The notes below the pieces were generated by a model that was not told the DNA's origin, ran no database searches, and saw nothing but the letters and a program-made list of their open reading frames with translations. Shown piece by piece: positions 57,707 through 64,000 of a stretch of 64,000 bases of DNA. The position numbers and the translations under genes are program-made. Source of the stretch: Deltaproteobacteria bacterium (GTDB lineage Bacteria > Desulfobacterota > GWC2-55-46); contig JACREU010000070.1 in the NCBI GenBank assembly GCA_016212705.1, positions 2,524 through 66,523 of the forward strand. The letters are read 5' to 3'. Every line of letters begins with the position of its first letter. Within the stretch, counting starts at the first letter, position 1.

Positions 57707-57919
57707 ATGGGAGCCAAACTCATAGACGAAGAGCTCGCTATCCAGAGGTCGTGCGAGATACCGAAGGAGTGCAGGAGATACATCTCTCACCATGTCCGGA
57801 ACGGCCTCGTCTCGATAATGGGGCTCGCCCTTAAGGCAAAAGACGAGCCCGACGCCCTTAAGGAGATAGAGACGAGGATAAGGCACATAGCCGGCGACCT
57901 CGAAAAGGTCGGCCTTTAA
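57707..57919 (+). CDS. 70-aa hypothetical protein with histidine-kinase H-box-like segment
   Basis: Strong RBS (AAGGAGG 8 nt upstream), tight packing between flgI and flgJ, and YISHHVRNGLVSIMGLA, which resembles the DHp H-box. Confidence 0.5.
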   Translation: MGAKLIDEELAIQRSCEIPKECRRYISHHVRNGLVSIMGLALKAKDEPDALKEIETRIRHIAGDLEKVGL

Positions 57920-57927
57920 GGAACGAC

Positions 57928-58731
57928 ATGAACGTCTCAAATGCCATAGAGGCCTCGATAAAGGCCGACGAGCCGATAAAAAAGGACAGCGGGGCCGGAC
58001 TAAAGAAGGCCTTGACCGAGTTCGAGTCGATCTTTATCGGCTATATGCTGAAGACGATGAAGGAGGGTGTCGCCAAGAGCGAGCTCTTCCACGGAGGGAG
58101 CGGCGAGGAGATATACAACTCCCTTTTCGATACCGAGTTTGCGCGCCTCATGGCCTCTGGCCACGGCATAGGGCTTAAAGACATGATGATGAGGGAGATG
58201 GGCGGCGCGGAAGATACGCGGGAGCCGGGTGAGGAGTTCACCGGAAGGGCGTTTGTCCCGTACACGCCGCCCCCGGTCGCTTCGGAAGTCGGGCCAGAGG
58301 CGGTTGACGTGCCTTTAACGCCCAGGGTTTCCGGTAAGGTCCTGAGGTTCCCTGTGGGCGAAGGTTTCAAGAGGGTGAGCTCGAAGTACGGCATAAGGGA
58401 GGACCCCTTCACGGGGCATGAGAGGTTCCACCACGGCGTTGACATTGCGGCAAAGGAGGGCTCGCCGGTCTACCCGGCGGCCGAGGGCAGGGTGATATTC
58501 TGCGGCACGAGGGGCGGGTACGGCAACGTCGTTGAGGTCCTCCATCCAAACGGCCTGGTCACAAGGTACGGCCACAACGCGAGGAACCTCGCAAAGGAGG
58601 GGGATCACGTGACTGTGAAGGACGCGATAGCCTCCGTAGGCTCCACGGGGAGGTCGACGGGGCCTCACCTCCACTTCGAGATATTAAAGGACGGCAACGC
58701 CGTCGACCCCTCGGGGTTCAGGTTCGGCTAA
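57928..58731 (+). CDS. flgJ: FlgJ-like rod-binding domain fused to M23 peptidase
   Basis: N-terminal FESIFIGYMLKTMKE (rod-binding/FlgJ N domain). C-terminal HHGVDIAAKEGSPVYPAAEGRV...GYGNVVEV.H...TRYGH...GSTGRSTGPHLHFE (LytM/M23). Confidence 0.8.
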   Translation: MNVSNAIEASIKADEPIKKDSGAGLKKALTEFESIFIGYMLKTMKEGVAKSELFHGGSGEEIYNSLFDTEFARLMASGHGIGLKDMMMREMGGAEDTREPGEEFTGRAFVPYTPPPVASEVGPEAVDVPLTPRVSGKVLRFPVGEGFKRVSSKYGIREDPFTGHERFHHGVDIAAKEGSPVYPAAEGRVIFCGTRGGYGNVVEVLHPNGLVTRYGHNARNLAKEGDHVTVKDAIASVGSTGRSTGPHLHFEILKDGNAVDPSGFRFG

Positions 58732-58784
58732 GCATGATTAGTTGTGGTTTAAGGGCAGGGCAGTCCCATATTTAGTGGTCTTCC

Positions 58785-58812
58785 TAAAGTTTTTAAGTGC
58801 TTCCGCCGATAT
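58785..58812 (+). promoter_or_regulatory. sigma-28 promoter of flgM-flgN-flgK-flgL
   Basis: TAAAGTTT-N12-GCCGATAT, about 45 nt upstream of the flgM ATG. Confidence 0.6.
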
Positions 58813-58856
58813 TAAAATCAGAGGGCGGGAACGCTCCTTAAACCCAGGAGGACCAG

Positions 58857-59171
58857 ATGAAAGTAGGCGGCAAAAAAGGCGGGGTAAGCGCCGACAATTA
58901 TGTCAAAAAGGCGGGGGAGACCGGTGGACAGGTAAAGGGGCCCGAAGGCGGCGCCAAACCCAAGGCAGGAGACAGCGTAGACATCTCGTCCAGGGCAAAG
59001 GACATGAACAGGGCCAAGGGACTCCTGGAGGACGTGCCGGAGGTCAGGGGCGAGATGGTCGTCAAGCTCAAGACCGATATCGAGAGCGGGAACTACGAGG
59101 TCGACTCTGAAAAGGTCGCCGAGAAGCTGATCGAAAGGGCCATCGTAAACGCCATACCGGTAAAAAAATAA
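58857..59171 (+). CDS. flgM: Anti-sigma-28 factor FlgM
   Basis: 104 aa with a Gly/Lys-rich disordered N-terminus and C-terminal VRGEMVVKLKTDIESGNYEVDSEKVAEKLI. Confidence 0.8.
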   Translation: MKVGGKKGGVSADNYVKKAGETGGQVKGPEGGAKPKAGDSVDISSRAKDMNRAKGLLEDVPEVRGEMVVKLKTDIESGNYEVDSEKVAEKLIERAIVNAIPVKK

Positions 59172-59172
59172 C

Positions 59173-59673
59173 ATGGCACTAAGCGCGATAGAAACACATC
59201 TCATAAAGGAGGAGCACCTGTACAAGGACCTCGTCGCCGTGCTCCAGACGGAGACCGAGAACCTTGTCTCAAGGGACTTTAGGGCCCTCTACGAGACGGT
59301 CGGCAGGAAGGAGCACATCCTCAAAAGGATAGAGCTCTCAGGCGCCGAGCGCTTGAGGCTCGTAAGGGACGCGGCCGGCAAACTCGGGCTGAAACCCGGG
59401 CCGAAGGGTGAGTTTGCCCTCTCGGAGATAATCGAGCGGTCGGGTCCCCCGGCGGATGCGCTAGAGTCAAAAAGGAATATTATAATTTCTCTTATCGATT
59501 CCATCAGGGAGCTGAACCATTTAAACGGCCTTATTGTAAAGGGGTCTCTGGATAACATAAACAAGACGCTCGGCTTTCTCGGTAATTTCCTGCAAACCGG
59601 CGTCTACGGGCAGAAGGGTGCGTTTGACGGCTTCGCATCCGTCAAGGGCTCTCACTTAAGCGAAGGGGCTTGA
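59173..59673 (+). CDS. flgN: FlgN-family export chaperone
   Basis: Helical protein (LIKEEHLYKDLVAVLQTETENLVSRDF) positioned between flgM and flgK. Confidence 0.6.
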   Translation: MALSAIETHLIKEEHLYKDLVAVLQTETENLVSRDFRALYETVGRKEHILKRIELSGAERLRLVRDAAGKLGLKPGPKGEFALSEIIERSGPPADALESKRNIIISLIDSIRELNHLNGLIVKGSLDNINKTLGFLGNFLQTGVYGQKGAFDGFASVKGSHLSEGA

Positions 59674-59680
59674 ACAGGGT

Positions 59681-61315
59681 ATGGCGTCTCTTACATCAGT
59701 CCTCGACATAGCGAAGACCGCGCTTCTGGCCAACCAGAAGGCGATAAACGTCACCTCTCACAACATCGCTAACGCGAACACCGAGGGGTACACGAGGCAG
59801 AAGGCCGTACTCGAGCCCATGACCGCCGTCCGGTACGGAGGCCTTTATTTCGGCACCGGCGTCACCATAAATTCGATAGAGCGCGTATTCGACAGGTTCC
59901 AGGGCGTGCAGATCAGGACCGCCACGTCGACGCTTTCTAGATACGAGACCAAGGGCGAGCACTTAAGCGCTCTCGAAGCGCTCGTAAACGACCTCGACGG
60001 CGCCGGTCTGAGCTCCAGGATAGACGACTTCTTCAACTCGTTTCAGGAGATAATCAACAACCCGTCGTCGTACCCCGAGCGCTCCTCGCTTCTCTCCAGC
60101 GCGTCTCTCCTTACCGACGCGTTCAACACGATAGACGCTACGATAAGGCAGAACCTCTCGAGCCTCAATAAGGAGATGGAGTCGGTCGTAAAGGAAATAA
60201 ACTCGATAGCCGAACAGGTCGCCGAGCTCAACAACCAGATATCGGGTATCGAGGTCGGCGGCATGCAGGCGAACGACCTTCGCGACCAGCGGGACCTCCT
60301 CCTTGAGGACCTCTCCGGCATGGTGGAGATATCCACCATCGAATCCGAGACGGGCCAGACGGACGTCTACATCGGCGGGTTTTTCCTCGTCACCGGCATA
60401 ACGTCCGCTCCGCTTGAGCTGGAGATAAACCCCGAGTCCCCGGTCTACGATATCGTCAGCAGGGGGACCGTCCTTAACGACAGGATCACCGGCGGGTCCC
60501 TGAAGGGGCACCTCGAAGGGGCCGCCATATACGACGAGGCCGAAGACAAGCTCAATCTCCTTGCCGCAAGCCTCATAAAAGAGGTGAACCTCCAGCACTC
60601 CCAGGGTTACGGGCTCGACGGGACTACGGGTACGGACTTCTTCGCGGCGCCCGCCGTCTACACCCACGCCTCCAGCGGGAACGCCGGAGGCGCGGTCGTA
60701 GCCAACGGCGCGGTAACGGATTACAGCCAGTTGACGCTTAACGACTACGAGGTAAGGTTCTCAAGCGCATCGAGCTACACCATCGTAAATACCGACACCA
60801 GCGCGGTGGTCACTCAGGGGGCTTATACGTCCGGCTCCGCCATAACGTTCGAGGGCCTGAGCTTCACTATTTCCGACAACACAGGCGCCCCGGCCGCCGG
60901 AGACAAGTTCGAGATTAGCGTCAAGAAGAACGCCGCGGAACTGATTGACGTCGCGGTCACGGACCCGAACGCGATAGCCGCTTCCTCGACGCTTGCCGGA
61001 GTGCCAGGGGACAACCTGAACGCGATGGCGCTCGCAGACCTCAAGGGCGCGGCGCTTATCGAGGGAGCCACCTTCAACGACTATTACAACCGGATAGTGA
61101 GCGACGTGGGGTTCGTCTCCAGCGAGGCATCCGGGAGCTACGACGCCCAGTCAAAGCTCGTTGAGGAGTTGAAGTCGGCGAGGGAGTCGGTATCCGGCGT
61201 TTCTATCGAAGAAGAGGCTATAAACCTCATAAAACTCCAGCGGGCTTACGAGGCCGCGGCAAAGGTTATGGCCACCGCGGACAGTATGTTGGAGACGCTC
61301 CTCAACCTAAGGTAG
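59681..61315 (+). CDS. flgK: Hook-associated protein 1 FlgK
   Basis: N-terminal LLANQKAINVTSHNIANANTEGYTRQ and C-terminal VSIEEEAINLIKLQRAYEAAAKVM. Confidence 0.9.
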   Translation: MASLTSVLDIAKTALLANQKAINVTSHNIANANTEGYTRQKAVLEPMTAVRYGGLYFGTGVTINSIERVFDRFQGVQIRTATSTLSRYETKGEHLSALEALVNDLDGAGLSSRIDDFFNSFQEIINNPSSYPERSSLLSSASLLTDAFNTIDATIRQNLSSLNKEMESVVKEINSIAEQVAELNNQISGIEVGGMQANDLRDQRDLLLEDLSGMVEISTIESETGQTDVYIGGFFLVTGITSAPLELEINPESPVYDIVSRGTVLNDRITGGSLKGHLEGAAIYDEAEDKLNLLAASLIKEVNLQHSQGYGLDGTTGTDFFAAPAVYTHASSGNAGGAVVANGAVTDYSQLTLNDYEVRFSSASSYTIVNTDTSAVVTQGAYTSGSAITFEGLSFTISDNTGAPAAGDKFEISVKKNAAELIDVAVTDPNAIAASSTLAGVPGDNLNAMALADLKGAALIEGATFNDYYNRIVSDVGFVSSEASGSYDAQSKLVEELKSARESVSGVSIEEEAINLIKLQRAYEAAAKVMATADSMLETLLNLR

Positions 61316-61322
61316 GGCCGAT

Positions 61323-62204
61323 ATGAGAGTAACCCAGAACATCACCTATAACACTTACATAAATGACATAATGAGGCGGCAGGAGTCGCTCTATAAGCTC
61401 TCCAAACAGCTCTCGACCGGCAAGGCGGTAAACGCCCCATCGGACGACCCGGTGAAGACGGACAAGATACTCACGTCAAAGTCGATACTTTCCGGGTTCG
61501 AGCAGTACGACAGGAACATGGACTCCGCGCTCGATTACCTCAATACCTCAGAGGACGCGTTCGCAAGCGTCAAGGACGTTATCATGACGCTCCAGGAACT
61601 CGCGACCACCTCGGCCACCGGCACTTCCGACGCGTCATCGAGGGCAAATACCGCGGTTACGGTGGACCAGCTATATCAACAGCTCCTGACCATCGCGAAC
61701 ACCAACTACGATAATAAGTACGCTTTCGCGGGCTATAAGACCGGGACCGAGCCATTTGACCAGACCGGGAACTACCTGGGCGACACCAACTCTTACCAGG
61801 TCCGCGTAAATTCTTCCGGCTACATGACAGTCGGCGTAAACGGCGGAGAGGTCTTTAAGGGCGTCGGCGGGGGCGTGGACATATTCCAGACGGTCTCAGA
61901 CCTCGCGACAGCGCTCAATAACAACGACTCGGCCGGCATTCAGGCCGCCGGCACAAACCTCGAGAGCGCGTTTCAGCAGGTCTCGAACGCGGTCTCCGAC
62001 ATAGGCGGCAGGATCACGAGGATAACGTCCGCGAAAAACGACCTCTCGAGCGCCAGGCTTGACGTCGAGACGATGATAGGCACCCTTGAGGACGCCGACA
62101 TCGCGCGAGTGATATCCGAGCTCACCCTTGGCCAGACCGCGCTTGAGGCGGCGATGTCATCCGCCGGGAAGGTCATAAGCGTCAATATCTTCGACTACCT
62201 GTAA
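61323..62204 (+). CDS. flgL: Hook-associated protein 3 FlgL
   Basis: MRVTQNITYNTYINDI..., flagellin-like N and C termini (TLGQTALEAAMSS), after flgK. Confidence 0.85.
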   Translation: MRVTQNITYNTYINDIMRRQESLYKLSKQLSTGKAVNAPSDDPVKTDKILTSKSILSGFEQYDRNMDSALDYLNTSEDAFASVKDVIMTLQELATTSATGTSDASSRANTAVTVDQLYQQLLTIANTNYDNKYAFAGYKTGTEPFDQTGNYLGDTNSYQVRVNSSGYMTVGVNGGEVFKGVGGGVDIFQTVSDLATALNNNDSAGIQAAGTNLESAFQQVSNAVSDIGGRITRITSAKNDLSSARLDVETMIGTLEDADIARVISELTLGQTALEAAMSSAGKVISVNIFDYL

Positions 62205-62262
62205 GCAAAATACCGGGGGAGAACGTAATGACGGCGGGTCTGGAAGGCGCGCCATGGATACG

Positions 62263-62291
62263 TTGATATGTGCAATAAACCAGGATAATAT
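62263..62291 (+). promoter_or_regulatory. Possible sigma-70 promoter of csrA-fliW
   Basis: TTGATA, 17-nt spacer, TAATAT, about 30 nt upstream of the csrA ATG. Confidence 0.35.
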
Positions 62292-62321
62292 GTATTAAAA
62301 AAACATGCCAGGGAGGGCGAT

Positions 62322-62549
62322 ATGCTTGTATTGACAAGGAAGTCGGGAGAGGCGATCCGGATAGGCGGAGACATAAAGGTCGTAGTCGTTGAAGTAAAGG
62401 AAAACCACGTAAAGCTCGGGATAGAGGCCCCTGCCGCCATGAGCGTGCACAGGGAGGAGATATTTATAAGGATACAGGAGGAGAACCTTAGCGCCTCCAC
62501 GCTCCCGGCCGACGTCTCAGATACCCTAAAGAGGTTAAAAAACAAATGA
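62322..62549 (+). CDS. csrA: Carbon storage regulator CsrA (RNA-binding translational repressor)
   Basis: MLVLTRKSGEAIRIGGDIKVVVVEVKENHVKLGIEAPAAMSVHREEI. Confidence 0.95.
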   Translation: MLVLTRKSGEAIRIGGDIKVVVVEVKENHVKLGIEAPAAMSVHREEIFIRIQEENLSASTLPADVSDTLKRLKNK

Positions 62550-62992
62550 ATGTAGCAAGGGAATCGACGCAGGAGATCGTATTCGAGACGCACAGGTTTG
62601 GGACGCTCTCTGTAACGGAGGAGAAGGTAATATCCTTCGCGCAGGGGATACCCGGGTTCAAGAACCTCCGGAGGTTCATCCTCATAGACCACGACTCGGA
62701 GGGGCTCTTCAAGTGGCTCCAGTCCGTAGAGGACCCGCTTGTCGCGTTCCTCCTCACGAACCCGAACCTCTATAAGCCGGACTACTCGGTCCCCCTGAGG
62801 AAGAACGACATAGAGACGCTCGACGTGAAGGATATGAAGAACCTCGTCTCCCTTGTCATGGTCTGCTTCGCCAACGGCAAAGTGACGCTGAACCTGAAGG
62901 GCCCGGTTCTCTTCAACTCCGAGAACATGAGGGCCCTCCAGTGCATAATTGACAGGGATGACTATCAGTCGCACTTCGTGATCAACATCTAA
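62546..62992 (+). CDS. fliW: Flagellar assembly factor FliW (CsrA antagonist)
   Basis: FAQGIPGFKNLRRFIL..........FKWLQSVEDPLVAFLLTNP and NLKGPVLFN. It overlaps the csrA stop. Confidence 0.9.
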   Translation: MNVARESTQEIVFETHRFGTLSVTEEKVISFAQGIPGFKNLRRFILIDHDSEGLFKWLQSVEDPLVAFLLTNPNLYKPDYSVPLRKNDIETLDVKDMKNLVSLVMVCFANGKVTLNLKGPVLFNSENMRALQCIIDRDDYQSHFVINI

Positions 62993-63004
62993 AGCCTTTT
63001 CCAG

Positions 63005-63035
63005 GGCCGCCCCCCTAAAGGGGGGCGGCCTTTTT
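63005..63035 (+). terminator. Rho-independent terminator after fliW
   Basis: GGCCGCCCCCC (63005-15), loop TAAA, GGGGGGCGGCC (63020-30), followed by T5. Confidence 0.85.
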
Positions 63036-63186
63036 GGCGCCCTCTCGACCGGCAAAAACTTCTCGTTGGTTTTCTGTCAGACCTGTAAAAACTTCCTTGT
63101 CATATTATTGACGATACCCCCTACAAACCCCCCAACGCCGTAGTAAAATTCAAGTAAATCGCAGGGCTTCCCGATATGGAGTTTAA

Positions 63187-64000
<814 letters not shown>

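Overview
GC-rich (by eye) chromosomal window from a Gram-negative-type bacterium; no taxon can be assigned from sequence alone. About 46 kb (16.9-63 kb) is one almost entirely plus-strand flagellar and chemotaxis supercluster. In order it holds a sigma-54 activator, a TPR/kinase/sigma-54 regulator module, flgBC-fliEFGHIJ, fliLMNOPQR-flhBAFG-fliA, a HEAT-repeat gene with cheR/cheY/cheZ/cheA/cheB, motAB, cheW-mcp-HDOD, flgFGAHI-flgJ(M23), flgMNKL and csrA-fliW. A partial pseB follows at the window edge. Gene order from flgB to flhG matches my recollection of the Bacillus fla/che operon, except that fliK-flgD-flgE are absent where expected and are replaced by a terminator plus a sigma-54 promoter. 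No flagellin, fliD or fliS is present. Seven near-consensus sigma-54 promoters, three sigma-28-like promoters and one consensus sigma-70 promoter can be read directly, which suggests a tiered regulatory cascade. The first 16 kb is accessory-looking. It holds a TPR protein, a GT-C/TPR membrane glycosyltransferase and a sigma-54-driven cysteine-free type IV pilin. On the minus strand is a tight 8-gene operon with three radical-SAM enzymes, GT9, GT2, an orphan ThDP E1 alpha/beta pair and a membrane protein. I rate this operon the best candidate for an undescribed glycan or glycolipid tailoring pathway. After it come a CopA P-type ATPase, a cytochrome c and a GrdB/PrdB-family gene. The ORF track splits that last gene at an in-frame TGA followed by a SECIS-like hairpin, so it is a probable selenoprotein. 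Other anomalies are an apparent frameshift in flhB, a 70-aa DHp-like mini-protein between flgI and flgJ, a CheA without a P2 domain, and short repeated intergenic elements. All functional calls rest on motif recognition by eye; no database search was possible.
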